The notes under the pieces are model-generated. The model saw only the letters and a list, made by a program, of their open reading frames with translations, had not been told where the DNA came from and searched no databases. 64,000 nt of DNA from Myxococcales bacterium (GTDB lineage: Bacteria; Myxococcota_A; Polyangia; Palsa-1104): NCBI GenBank assembly GCA_028287105.1, contig JAQBQH010000073.1:1963-65962 (forward strand). Reading direction: 5' to 3'. Each line of letters opens with the position of its first letter. Within the stretch, counting starts at the first letter, position 1. The position numbers and the translations under genes are program-made. Below, in pieces: positions 26,475-35,785 of the stretch.

Positions 26475-27443
26475 TCAATGAAGCGTCAGGAGAAACTGGA
26501 CGAGTTGATCGATCTGTTGCTCGGTCAGCTTCATTGCCGGCATGTGCGCGCCCGGCTTGATGCCGTTGGGATCGCGAATCCAGGCACGCAACGTCTCCGG
26601 CGACAGCGGGGCGGCGCCCGCGGCGAGCGTCGCGCGGCTCATGAGGTGCGTGAGGTCCGGCCCGTATCGTCCGTTTCCGACGGTCCCTGCAACCGAGTGG
26701 CAGTTGATGCAGGCGTTGCTTTCGAACACGCGCCTGCCGGCTACCACCGCGTCCAGCTCGGACGGGACCTGCGGGTCGCCCTGCCTCTGCGCCTGCGCCC
26801 ATCGCTCGAACTCGTCGCGCGGGTGCACGTAGACGCGCAAGAGCATCTTGGCGTGCTGGGTGCCGCAGTACTCGGCGCACTGGCCCACGTAGACTCCCGG
26901 CGCGGTCGGCGCGATCCACATGTGATTGACGCGATTGGGAATGAGATCCGTCTTACCGGCGAGGCGCGGCACCCAGAAGCTGTGCGCGACGTCTGCCGAG
27001 AGCAGCGTGAGCCAGGTCGGCGTCGGCGCCAGTGGGTCCGAGACCGGCACGTGGAGCTCGTTGGCGGTCACGATTCCCAGCCCCGGATAGCGGAGCTCCC
27101 ACCACCACTGATGGCCGATCACGATGACGTCGATCGCGTTCGCCGGCCGCGTCACTCCCTGAATCGATTGAATGACTCGCGCCGTGGTGAGCGCGAGCAC
27201 CAGGACGATGAGGACGGGCACCACCGTCCACGCGGTTTCGAGCTGATTCGAGCCGTACACTTGCGGCGGCTCCCGTCCATCATCCGTGTCGCGGCGACGG
27301 AAGCGCACCACCGCAACGATGGTGAGGCCGAAGACGACGAAGAAGATGGCTCCGGTCACCGCGAGGACGAACAGCGATAGCTCGCTCGTCCGGCTCGCCG
27401 GTGCGGAGACTGCGGCGAATATATTGGCTGGCGCGTCCCCCAT
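26475..27443 (-). CDS. ctaC: Cytochrome c oxidase subunit II with fused C-terminal cytochrome c domain (caa3-type).
   Basis: Two N-terminal TM helices. CuA site VYVGQCAEYCGTQHAKM. C-terminal CINCHS (CxxCH) c-type heme domain. Confidence 0.85.
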   Translation of the reverse strand: MGDAPANIFAAVSAPASRTSELSLFVLAVTGAIFFVVFGLTIVAVVRFRRRDTDDGREPPQVYGSNQLETAWTVVPVLIVLVLALTTARVIQSIQGVTRPANAIDVIVIGHQWWWELRYPGLGIVTANELHVPVSDPLAPTPTWLTLLSADVAHSFWVPRLAGKTDLIPNRVNHMWIAPTAPGVYVGQCAEYCGTQHAKMLLRVYVHPRDEFERWAQAQRQGDPQVPSELDAVVAGRRVFESNACINCHSVAGTVGNGRYGPDLTHLMSRATLAAGAAPLSPETLRAWIRDPNGIKPGAHMPAMKLTEQQIDQLVQFLLTLH

Positions 27444-27582
27444 TCGTCCGGCGGAACGTCGGCACGATCGTGCGGCTACCTAGAACGCTCTTTCGTCGAC
27501 GCAGCGCTCGTAAGCGGGGAAAAGCGCAAATTCAGCTGGGTTCCGTCGAGGACTTCACCGACTCCGGACAAGGCGACAGGGG

Positions 27583-28704
27583 TCAGTATGTCGGTGTCGG
27601 TGTCGGCGTCGCTGTCGTCGTCGTCGGTGTCGCTGTCGTCGGTGTCGTCGTCGTCGGTGTTGCTGTTGCTGTCGTCGGTGTTGCTGTCGTCGCTGTCGCC
27701 GGCGTCCCCGCGTCCGCCGGCGTCGCCGTCCCGCCGCCGGACAGCGGCACCGTGAACAGGTCGTCCATCGCCTGCACCGACGCGCCCTGCGGGTTACACG
27801 GCAGCGTGTCGATTCCCAGAATGGTTTGCACCGTCTTCAAGAACGAGCTCGTGTCGTAGACGATCTTCGACTCGTAGCCCGGCTTCGCATTCGGCGAGAT
27901 GACAATGAACGGCGGATCGTCGCCGGTGGTGATACCGGCCGCCTGCCCCTCGTCCCACAAGAGGAAAAGCACGCCGCCCTTGTTGAACGCGTCGGAGCCG
28001 AGGATCTTCGGCACCTCGCGCGCCAGCCACTGATCGCCGGCGGCGATCGAGCCGTCGTGCATGTCGTTCTGCAGGTTCGGCGTGATGAACGCGTACCTGG
28101 GCAGCTTGCCCGCGGCCAGATCGGCGTCGAATTGCGAGTAGTCGACGATGTGGTCGGTGCAACGCTGGGTCACGTTCACCTTGGTGCCGTCCCAGCCGTT
28201 GATGTCGTCGAAATAGACGAATGGGTTGTGCTTGGCCGCGTAGTCGCCGTTCGAGCTCAGGCCGCATCCCGGCCCGAGGCTCTCCTGGTAGCTCTTCCAG
28301 CTCAGCCCGGCCGCCTCGAGCTGATCGGCCAGGTGCGACGCCGTGGCGATGTGGTTGGTCGCGCCCGGATCGTTGTCGTTGAGCACGCCGAAGTTCTCGC
28401 CGGCGACCATCCACAAGTAGTTCGGCTCGCTCGGGTGCACGTAGGAGTCGTGGTATGCCCCCGCCAGCGCGTTCTGCTTGATGAGCTGATTGATGAAGGG
28501 CGCACCGCCGTTGCCGCGAATCTGACCGAGGCCCTTGTTCTCCATGACAATGGTGAACACTGTTCCGCCCCAGTTGGGCGACGGCGACGCCTTGGTCGTG
28601 GTGAGCGCGCTGCAGGTGACCGCGGTGTTGCCGGAGGTGTTCTGACAACCGACGAGCGTGACCGCGAGAGCGATCTGCGGAACGAGGAGGGCGAGCTTCT
28701 TCAT
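27583..28704 (-). CDS. Phosphoesterase-family lipoprotein (phospholipase C / acid phosphatase AcpA-like, PF04185) with C-terminal Thr/Pro-rich tail.
   Basis: Real start is MKKLALLVPQIALAVTLVGC (lipobox). Motifs FTIVMENKG and HPSEPNYLWMVAGENFGV are typical of the family. The tail TPATATTATPTTATATPTTTTP is encoded by an imperfect GTCG/GTTG microsatellite-like tract. The upstream 174 codons of the 547-aa ORF are probably not translated. Confidence 0.7.
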   Translation of the reverse strand: MKKLALLVPQIALAVTLVGCQNTSGNTAVTCSALTTTKASPSPNWGGTVFTIVMENKGLGQIRGNGGAPFINQLIKQNALAGAYHDSYVHPSEPNYLWMVAGENFGVLNDNDPGATNHIATASHLADQLEAAGLSWKSYQESLGPGCGLSSNGDYAAKHNPFVYFDDINGWDGTKVNVTQRCTDHIVDYSQFDADLAAGKLPRYAFITPNLQNDMHDGSIAAGDQWLAREVPKILGSDAFNKGGVLFLLWDEGQAAGITTGDDPPFIVISPNAKPGYESKIVYDTSSFLKTVQTILGIDTLPCNPQGASVQAMDDLFTVPLSGGGTATPADAGTPATATTATPTTATATPTTTTPTTATPTTTTATPTPTPTY

Positions 28705-28902
28705 GCACCAACTGTGACCGGCCGACTGAAGCGCGCAACCCCGGCGTGCCGCCCGCTCGCTGCCATAGCGAGCTCGATGGTGAGCGCGCCCTTCGACGCG
28801 CTTCCGACGGCGCGCGTTGCCTCGCGCGCAATTGTGCGCGCAATCGGGAATTGATCGCCTACCGGTCCGTTGATCGTTCGAGTCACACGCGAAGGAGAAA
28901 TC

Positions 28903-29166
28903 ATGACCGAAGCGCAACTGCTCCGCCGATCGATCGAAAAGGCGCTCGCCGTGGCCAACGCCGCCGCCGACGAGCCGACCATCTATGGCATTCTCGAGGC
29001 CCAGAGCTACGCCGACCAGCTCCTGCCGCAACTCGGTTCGGTGCGCCCTGCGTCCTTCAGCCGCGCCGAAGCCCGCCGCGTGGTCGCCCTCGTCTGGCAG
29101 CTGCGCGCCGTCCTTCAGGCGCTCGATCGCTGGCTGCACCCACAGCCGCTGGCGCTCGCCAGCTGA
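28903..29166 (+). CDS. Small hypothetical protein (87 aa).
   Basis: RBS AAGGAG before ATG 28903. High GC3. Helical sequence MTEAQLLRRSIEKALAVANAAADEPTIYGILEAQSYADQLL... Confidence 0.45.
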   Translation: MTEAQLLRRSIEKALAVANAAADEPTIYGILEAQSYADQLLPQLGSVRPASFSRAEARRVVALVWQLRAVLQALDRWLHPQPLALAS

Positions 29167-29185
29167 GCGTCGCCAGCTCTGCCGC

Positions 29186-29959
29186 TCAGAAGATCGGGCT
29201 CGGCTCGCCGGAGTCCTCGTGGCCACCGACCGGACGGATTGCGTCGAGCGCGACGAGGGCAGTCAACACGACGATGGCCGCGGCGACGCTCTGTCGATGC
29301 CAGTATTCCACGGCGGCAAATCCGAGCGCGGCACCGAAAGCGTAGGCGGTCCACATCGCCGCCATCAGCGCGACGCGCCTCGACGATCGCTGTGACGACA
29401 GGCGGCCAGAGGCGCGGCCGCGCGCGCGATCGATCAACCAGAAGAGCGAGTGCGCCGCCTCGCGTGCCAGCCGCGTCAGGTTGCCGGTGACGTGCGTCGT
29501 GTAGACGCTGGAAGCGCCAACCCGAATCAAGGTCGCGTTCTGCAGCCCCATTGCGACCGCCAGAAGGCCCGTCGCCAGGTAGTAGTGGACACTTGCGGTC
29601 GAGGTAGCCGGCGGCCATGGCAGCGCCAACGCGAATGCCAGGGCGCCCGCTTCGAGGCCCAACGTCCAGCCGGCCCCCGACCGCCGCCCGCGCCGACGCG
29701 CGGCCTCGTACAGGATCTCGCTCGTGAAAACCCCAAGGCCGAAGGTCACGATCGGCCAGAGTCGCGCGGCGGCTTCACCCAGGTCGCGCTGGGCGACCCC
29801 CCTGCCGAGCGCAATCGTATTACCGGACATATTGGCGACGAACACGTGCGAGAGCAGGTCCCATCCGAGCGCATCGACGTACCCGGCGACCGCAGCGAGG
29901 ACCACCGCGAGCGCAGCGAGAGCGCGCTCGCTCAGCGTGCCGTCGCTCGCGTCGACCAT
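29186..29959 (-). CDS. DUF1275 / YoaK-family inner-membrane protein.
   Basis: Hallmark ANMSGNTI and THVTGNLT motifs within TM helices. Start at internal ATG (MVDASDG...). Confidence 0.7.
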   Translation of the reverse strand: MVDASDGTLSERALAALAVVLAAVAGYVDALGWDLLSHVFVANMSGNTIALGRGVAQRDLGEAAARLWPIVTFGLGVFTSEILYEAARRRGRRSGAGWTLGLEAGALAFALALPWPPATSTASVHYYLATGLLAVAMGLQNATLIRVGASSVYTTHVTGNLTRLAREAAHSLFWLIDRARGRASGRLSSQRSSRRVALMAAMWTAYAFGAALGFAAVEYWHRQSVAAAIVVLTALVALDAIRPVGGHEDSGEPSPIF

Positions 29960-30060
29960 CAGTGAACCAGGTCCATGAGCGCGAATATGCGCTTCCGGCT
30001 CGACCACGCCATCGTGGAGCGGATTGGTTGATGCAGGGCTCTGCTTCGAGGAGGAAGGCG

Positions 30061-30801
30061 ATGAGTAGACAGACTCTCGTAATGGCGTGCGGGCTCGCGA
30101 TGGCGGCGTGCGCGCCGAGCTACGTGTATCGGCCGGCCGAAAATGCGACGGCCACGATGAAAGGGCGAGTGGCGGCTGACTACCAGATTCCATCGACGGC
30201 GCCTCAAGGCGACGTGCGGCTCGCGTCGTTTGGGATGAGCAAGATCACGCCGAGCAAGAATCCCGACCAGAGCCAGAAGGCCGTGCACGTGCGGATGATC
30301 GTGAACGACAACAGTCAGGCGGCCTGGACCATGGATACGCGCCAGCAGGTCATCGTGTTACCGGGTGGTCAGCAAGTGGAGCCAGCTCTCGTCACGACGC
30401 GCGAGGGTCTGGCGGGCCTGCCCTCGGTCACGATTCCCGCTGGCGGCAAGCGGACCATCGATCTGTTCTATCCGCTTCCGGCCAATATGCAGTCAGCGGC
30501 GCAGGTCCCTGAGTTCGATGTCGTCTGGCACGTCAATACGCCCGAGCAGCAGGCGACCGAGCGAACGACCTTCGACCGGCTTCGCGTCGACCCGGAGGTC
30601 GCTTATGGCTACGGTCCCGAGTGGGGCGTCGGCGACGGCGGCTGGGGCGGCCCCTGGTACGGCGCCGGTTACCTCGGCTATGGCGGCGACTTTGTCGTCG
30701 GCGCGCCACACTGGGGCGGGTACGAAGAGGGAGGGGGCCACGAAGGACACGGTGGCTTCGGAGGGGGCCACGCCGGCGGCGGCGGACACGGCCCCCGCTG
30801 A
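30061..30801 (+). CDS. Lipoprotein with C-terminal Gly/His-rich tail.
   Basis: RBS GAGGAGGAAGG. Signal and lipobox MSRQTLVMACGLAMAAC. C-terminal GYGGDFVVGAPHWGGYEEGGGHEGHGGFGGGHAGGGGHG. Confidence 0.6.
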   Translation: MSRQTLVMACGLAMAACAPSYVYRPAENATATMKGRVAADYQIPSTAPQGDVRLASFGMSKITPSKNPDQSQKAVHVRMIVNDNSQAAWTMDTRQQVIVLPGGQQVEPALVTTREGLAGLPSVTIPAGGKRTIDLFYPLPANMQSAAQVPEFDVVWHVNTPEQQATERTTFDRLRVDPEVAYGYGPEWGVGDGGWGGPWYGAGYLGYGGDFVVGAPHWGGYEEGGGHEGHGGFGGGHAGGGGHGPR

Positions 30802-30843
30802 TCGGACCGGCGAGCGTTCGCCTGCGCGAGCGCCTCGCCGATG

Positions 30844-31329
30844 TCACTGTGGCGACGGGGTCGCTGTCGGCGCTCCGGACGATCCTTGCGGAGACATGCG
30901 CCCTCGCCTCGTCGCGGGGCGCAGCACCAGCTTGGCAAATTGAGCAGGCGTCAGCTCCTGCTGGAGCTCGGCGAGCTCCTGCGCGTCGACGGCTTCGACC
31001 TGTTGTCGACCGCTCGTCAGCTGGTTGGCCAACTGCGTGAGGCGAGCAGGATCCGGCTGCGCGGCGGCGAGCTCTTGTTGCAGCGCCTGCGCCGTCTGCT
31101 GCTCCGCTTGCCGAACGGGCTCGAGCTGGGCCCGATACTTCGCGAGCGTCTGCGCGACGGCTGACGCCGTCGTCGCGTCGAGGCCCAGGTGATTCGCGAT
31201 CGCGGTGGCCGCGTCGTTCGCAGAGCTCGCCTGGGTCGCCGTCGCCGGGTTGGTCGCTTCCGACGGTGAGGGCTGCGCCAACGCCGTGCTTCCTACCAAT
31301 AACGCCATCAAGGGCAGTGCAGTTTTCAT
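30844..31329 (-). CDS. Periplasmic Spy / CpxP-family (LTxxQ motif) chaperone-like protein.
   Basis: Strong RBS GGAGGTAA. Signal peptide MKTALPLMALLVGSTALA. Q/A-rich helices with LTPAQFAKL (LTxxQ). Confidence 0.65.
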   Translation of the reverse strand: MKTALPLMALLVGSTALAQPSPSEATNPATATQASSANDAATAIANHLGLDATTASAVAQTLAKYRAQLEPVRQAEQQTAQALQQELAAAQPDPARLTQLANQLTSGRQQVEAVDAQELAELQQELTPAQFAKLVLRPATRRGRMSPQGSSGAPTATPSPQ

Positions 31330-31458
31330 CTTGTTACCTCCAAACTGTACAACTCAGCTCCGCCGAGTCTGTTCCCCCAAAATCGATTCGCGAACACTTC
31401 TCGGCAAGCGTCGTGCCGGCAGTCACCACGCGACCAGGATGCGGTAGTGTGATCGCGC

Positions 31459-32811
31459 ATGCGGACCTTGCTCGGTTTCGCGCTCGTCGTCCTCGTCGCT
31501 GCTGCCGGTTGCGGCAAGCCCGTGACGGGCTGGCACGTCAGCGGCGGCTTTCTGCGCGCGCCCGACGGACGCGCGGTCATCTTGCGCGGCGTGAACCTCT
31601 CGGGCGCGCAGAAGAACGCGCCGTACCTCGACGACAAGGTCGCCGCCGACTATGACCGCGTCCGCGCCGAGTGGGGCATGAACGCCGTCCGCTTCGTCAT
31701 GACCTGGGCGGCGGTCGAGCCCGAACAAGGGCGCTACGACGACGCCTACCTCGACCACGTCGCCGCGCGGCTCGCCTGGGCGCAGGCCGCCGGTCTCTGG
31801 GTCGTCCTCGACATGCACGAGGATGTCTACGGCGAAGGCTTCGGCTTCGACGGCGCCCCGCGCTGGACGTGCGAGGCCGCGCGCTACGCCGCGTTCGTTC
31901 CGCAGATGCCGTGGTTCGTCAACACGCTCGACGCCAACGTGGTCGCGTGCGTCGACGGGTTCTACGCGCGCGCCGAGATGCAGCAGCACTTCGTCGACGC
32001 GTGGCGCCACGTCGCCGAACGACTCGCCGCCGAGCCCGCCGTCATCGGCTTCGACGTGCTCAACGAGCCGGAGTGGGGCTCGTACTCGATCTTCGACTTC
32101 GAAGAGGATCGGCTGAAGCCGCTCTACGCCGCCGTCGTCGCGGCGGTGCGCGGCAAGGCACCCGCCTGGGTCGCGTTCCTCGAACCGAGCTCCAGCCGCA
32201 ACGCCGGCATCGCGACGGGCCTGACCGCGTTCGACTTCCGCGACGTGATCTACGCGCCGCACTCGTACGATCAATCGGCCGAAGGCGGCGGCGGCTTCGA
32301 CCCGACGCACCGCCAGCAGATCCTCGACAATGTCGCCAAGCTCGCCGGAGAAGCGCGCGCCCTCGACGCCGGCCTGTGGATCGGCGAGTACGGCGGGATG
32401 GCGTCGGCGCCCGGCATCGTCGAGTACATGAGCGCGCAGTACGACGCCGCGGGGGCGGTCGCCGGCGGCACGATGTATTGGGCGTACGACAAGAGCGACG
32501 GCTACGGGATGCTGGCGCCCGATGGCAGCGAGAAGACCGTGCTCATCGACGCGCTGGTGCGGCCATTTCCCGAGCGCGTGGCCGGCAATCCCATCTCGTA
32601 CGCCTTCGACGCGGCGACCGCCACCTTCACCTTCCAGTACACCGCCGATCAGTCGTCGCCGCTGCCGACGGAGATCGTGGTGCCCGATCGCGCGTACCCG
32701 AACGGTTACACCGTCGACTGCGGCGGCTGCCGCTACGAAAAACGTAGCAACGCTCTGGTGCTCGACACGCCACCGCCGGGCAGCCCGGCGTCGGTCATCG
32801 TCTCGCCTTGA
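31459..32811 (+). CDS. Glycoside hydrolase family 5 lipoprotein.
   Basis: Lipobox VAAAGC. Acid/base box VIGFDVLNEPEWG and nucleophile box LWIGEYGG. Confidence 0.75.
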   Translation: MRTLLGFALVVLVAAAGCGKPVTGWHVSGGFLRAPDGRAVILRGVNLSGAQKNAPYLDDKVAADYDRVRAEWGMNAVRFVMTWAAVEPEQGRYDDAYLDHVAARLAWAQAAGLWVVLDMHEDVYGEGFGFDGAPRWTCEAARYAAFVPQMPWFVNTLDANVVACVDGFYARAEMQQHFVDAWRHVAERLAAEPAVIGFDVLNEPEWGSYSIFDFEEDRLKPLYAAVVAAVRGKAPAWVAFLEPSSSRNAGIATGLTAFDFRDVIYAPHSYDQSAEGGGGFDPTHRQQILDNVAKLAGEARALDAGLWIGEYGGMASAPGIVEYMSAQYDAAGAVAGGTMYWAYDKSDGYGMLAPDGSEKTVLIDALVRPFPERVAGNPISYAFDAATATFTFQYTADQSSPLPTEIVVPDRAYPNGYTVDCGGCRYEKRSNALVLDTPPPGSPASVIVSP

Positions 32812-32854
32812 AGGTCGCTCGCCGACGCGTGCTCGTTCGAGGTACGCTGTCGGG

Positions 32855-33358
32855 ATGCGGATGACTGGTGTTGCCATGGCGACCCTATTGGGGCTGCTGC
32901 TACTCGGAACGGCTGTTGCTCGGGCGTCGGATACGGCTGTCGCGGCAAAGCCCGGCGTCGTGGTCGACGAGGTCTTGCGTCGCGAAAAGGAGTGGGCGGC
33001 CGCGCTCATGACGCCCGAGCGCAGCAAGTTGGAGCAGATGCTGGGCGACGAGTTCACGCTCACGACCGCCGCCGGGACGACGCCGAGGGTCAAGTGGATG
33101 GCCACGGCCGACAAGTGGCAGACCAAAGCCGCCGAGCTGCGCGACGGATGGAGCGTGCAAGTCTATGGAGACGTCGCCATCGCGCGCGGCGTCTTCTTCT
33201 GGCACGTGCTCAAGGACGCGCCGGATCCGCGGACCGGGAGCAAAGAGGTCAAGAGCGACTTCTCGCTTCTCGACGTCTGGGTCAAGCGCGGCGGGCGCTG
33301 GCAGGTGGTGGCGCGCCACTCGATCCTGCTCGCCCCGCCGGCGACGCCCGGTCACTAG
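32855..33358 (+). CDS. Secreted SnoaL-like / NTF2-fold (DUF4440-like) protein.
   Basis: Signal peptide MRMTGVAMATLLGLLLLGTAVARA. ~140-aa cone-shaped NTF2-like pattern (...DVAIARGVFFWHV...GGRWQVVARHSIL). Confidence 0.55.
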   Translation: MRMTGVAMATLLGLLLLGTAVARASDTAVAAKPGVVVDEVLRREKEWAAALMTPERSKLEQMLGDEFTLTTAAGTTPRVKWMATADKWQTKAAELRDGWSVQVYGDVAIARGVFFWHVLKDAPDPRTGSKEVKSDFSLLDVWVKRGGRWQVVARHSILLAPPATPGH

Positions 33359-33366
33359 CGAGGATT

Positions 33367-34878
33367 CTAGCGATCGTCGCTGTCTTCGCTTTGCGACGCG
33401 GGGATGACGGGGAAGCCGGTGACGATGGGGCCGGCCAGCGCCCAGCCGCGCGTCGACGGGGCGAAGCGCGGCGCCAACAGCCCGTCGTTGAGCTCGCGCG
33501 TCACGGCGAAGCGGTTGAAGCTGCGCGGGATGAGATAGATGCAGGTGTTGTCCTTCTGCGGACAATTGGCGTTGGGGGTATCGATGTCGCCCTCCTCGGC
33601 GGAGATGATGCCGTCGTGGTTGGTGTCGACCAGCGCGATGGCGGCCTTGTAGCCATCGACCAGGCGCTGCCCGAGGTTGTGCTGTCCCGGCTCGAACGAG
33701 TGCAGCCGCTGAAAGACGTTGAGGAACACCTCGCGTGCAATCCCGCTCGGCACGAAGCGCTGGCGCGACTCGCGCTGGGTCGCCGGACCCTCGAAGCGAT
33801 CGGTGTCGCGCGGGCGATCGGGGTTGTCACCGAAGCGCACGGTCTCGCCGCGCTCGCGCACCTCGTTGAGCTCCTCGCCCGGGACCACCGACGAGAAGCG
33901 CCCGATCTCGCCGTCGCGATAGGTGTCGGCCGGCTGCGTCGCGGAGCGATCGGGAAAGCCGCCCGCGACGGGCAGCTCGTAGAGTGGATGGATCCAGTTG
34001 GTGGTGTAGTTGAACTCCCAATAGGCGTGCACGTCCGATTGCTGGAGCGCGTTGTACGCCCCCATGCTGAGTTGAATCGGCACCAGATTGCTGACGCGAT
34101 CGGGGAAGTGGTCACTGGGGCTGGGCAGGCGCGGCGCGTTGCCGTCGACGGTGAAGAAGCGTCCGGCGACGGCGTTGTTGCCCTGCCCCATGGCGGCGAG
34201 CAGCTTGGCATCCTCGGCCGTGATCATGCCGAAGGGGGCGCGGCCGCGTGAGCTCTTGGGGCCGACGGAGGCGACGCGCAGATCGTGGATCATCCACCCC
34301 TCGTACCAGCCGCTCTCGTTGTTGATGACGAAGAGGCTGCGGATGTCGGTGAACACGTCGATGAAGGCGCGCGGATCGTCGGGATCGACCGGGAGGCCCG
34401 CCTTGGGCTCGAGCGCCAGGCGCACGGCGCCGATGGTAGAGAGGTTGCAGTTGGCGCCCCATACCGTCTTCTGGGTTTCGGGGTCGTCGTTGAGCCCGGG
34501 GATCTTGGTGGTGAAGACGCTCGGTTGAAACGAGGTCGAGTCGAGGAGGTAGTACTGGAACAGCATGCTCCGTCCGGCGGCGCCCGGCGCCTCGGCGAAG
34601 ATGTTGACCGGCGCGACGCTGTGCGGGCTGCAGTCGAGGGTGACCAGTCGATTCTGCAAATTGGGGAGGGCGGAGAGCGGCGCGATGTCGCCCCGCGCGC
34701 AAAACCCGGGCGTGCACGCGCTCGGGTTGCACATCTTTCCGGTGTCGGGATCGGTCTGCGGCGGCACCGGCGTCGGCCCTCCCGCGCAGGTCTGATCGGC
34801 CGACGCCAGCGACGGCAGTAGCAGCAGCAGTCCCGCCATCCATACGCGCTCTTGAACAGTCTTCCGCTTCACGCCCAT
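33367..34878 (-). CDS. Secreted hypothetical protein (503 aa).
   Basis: RBS GGAGGAGG. Signal peptide MGVKRKTVQERVWMAGLLLLLPSLASA. Cys-containing N-terminal region. No family recognised. Confidence 0.55.
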   Translation of the reverse strand: MGVKRKTVQERVWMAGLLLLLPSLASADQTCAGGPTPVPPQTDPDTGKMCNPSACTPGFCARGDIAPLSALPNLQNRLVTLDCSPHSVAPVNIFAEAPGAAGRSMLFQYYLLDSTSFQPSVFTTKIPGLNDDPETQKTVWGANCNLSTIGAVRLALEPKAGLPVDPDDPRAFIDVFTDIRSLFVINNESGWYEGWMIHDLRVASVGPKSSRGRAPFGMITAEDAKLLAAMGQGNNAVAGRFFTVDGNAPRLPSPSDHFPDRVSNLVPIQLSMGAYNALQQSDVHAYWEFNYTTNWIHPLYELPVAGGFPDRSATQPADTYRDGEIGRFSSVVPGEELNEVRERGETVRFGDNPDRPRDTDRFEGPATQRESRQRFVPSGIAREVFLNVFQRLHSFEPGQHNLGQRLVDGYKAAIALVDTNHDGIISAEEGDIDTPNANCPQKDNTCIYLIPRSFNRFAVTRELNDGLLAPRFAPSTRGWALAGPIVTGFPVIPASQSEDSDDR

Positions 34879-35146
34879 GTCACGCCTCCTCCACGATCGC
34901 GCGATGCGACCGGCCGCATGCTTGTCGGTCGCGTCGAGCCAGGCGCAGTCGAGGCCCGCCCCTAATCTGGGCTCTGTCGAGTGGGGTAGTGGTTGGGGTC
35001 TCGTGAGTAGAACATGTTTCACTTGACAGCCGATGTCGGACTAGAACATGTTCCAGCGCGCACGGATCCCTGAGCGTGTCGTCGTGGCGATCGCAGGGAT
35101 TGCCGCGGACAGCTGGCGGGGAACAACAACGACAAGGGTGGCGAAC

Positions 35147-35635
35147 ATGACCAATCGAGTGGGACGTAGCTTCGCGTTTCTCGTCGGAGTCGCACTGATG
35201 TTCGCAGCGTGCGGTGGGGACAACGGCGGCGGTACGGGTGGCGGCGGCGGCAGCGGCGGAGGGGCCGGTGGTGTCGGCGGCAATGGCGTCGACATGGCGA
35301 CGGCCAGGAGCGGCGCCTGCACCAACGCGAATGACACCGCCATCGGCAAGCCGGCCATGGACTCGGCCGCCTCGGCGTGCGGCCTCGCCTGTTACGCCGA
35401 CAAAGACACGATGCCTCCGAAGTCGTGCGCCGACTGCCTGACGATGAAGATCATGGACGCGACCCAGAAGACGATCACCGCCAACTGCAACACCTGCTGG
35501 ACGACGGTGATCATCTGCGGCATCAACAACTGCTCGGCCCCCTGCCTGCAGAACGGCGCCACCAGTCCCGAGTGTCGCGACTGCACGCAAAAGGCCGGCT
35601 GCGACTCGGCCTTCACCACCTGCTCGGGGCTGTGA
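35147..35635 (+). CDS. Small Cys-rich lipoprotein (14 Cys after the lipobox).
   Basis: MTNRVGRSFAFLVGVALMFAAC lipobox. Gly-rich linker. Cys pattern CADCLTM...CNTCW...CGINNCSAPC...CRDCTQKAGC. Confidence 0.55.
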   Translation: MTNRVGRSFAFLVGVALMFAACGGDNGGGTGGGGGSGGGAGGVGGNGVDMATARSGACTNANDTAIGKPAMDSAASACGLACYADKDTMPPKSCADCLTMKIMDATQKTITANCNTCWTTVIICGINNCSAPCLQNGATSPECRDCTQKAGCDSAFTTCSGL

Positions 35636-35785
35636 GCTAGCCGCGCGCAGGCCCGTTGATTGCGAGCGTCCGTTATGGCGGACGCCGGTGGAGCTGTAAC
35701 CCTCGACGGTAGAATGAAATGTAGTTGACGCGTGGCGTCGTGTGCTGCTATCCGGGATGAATATCCGTTTTAACGGATACCGGAG

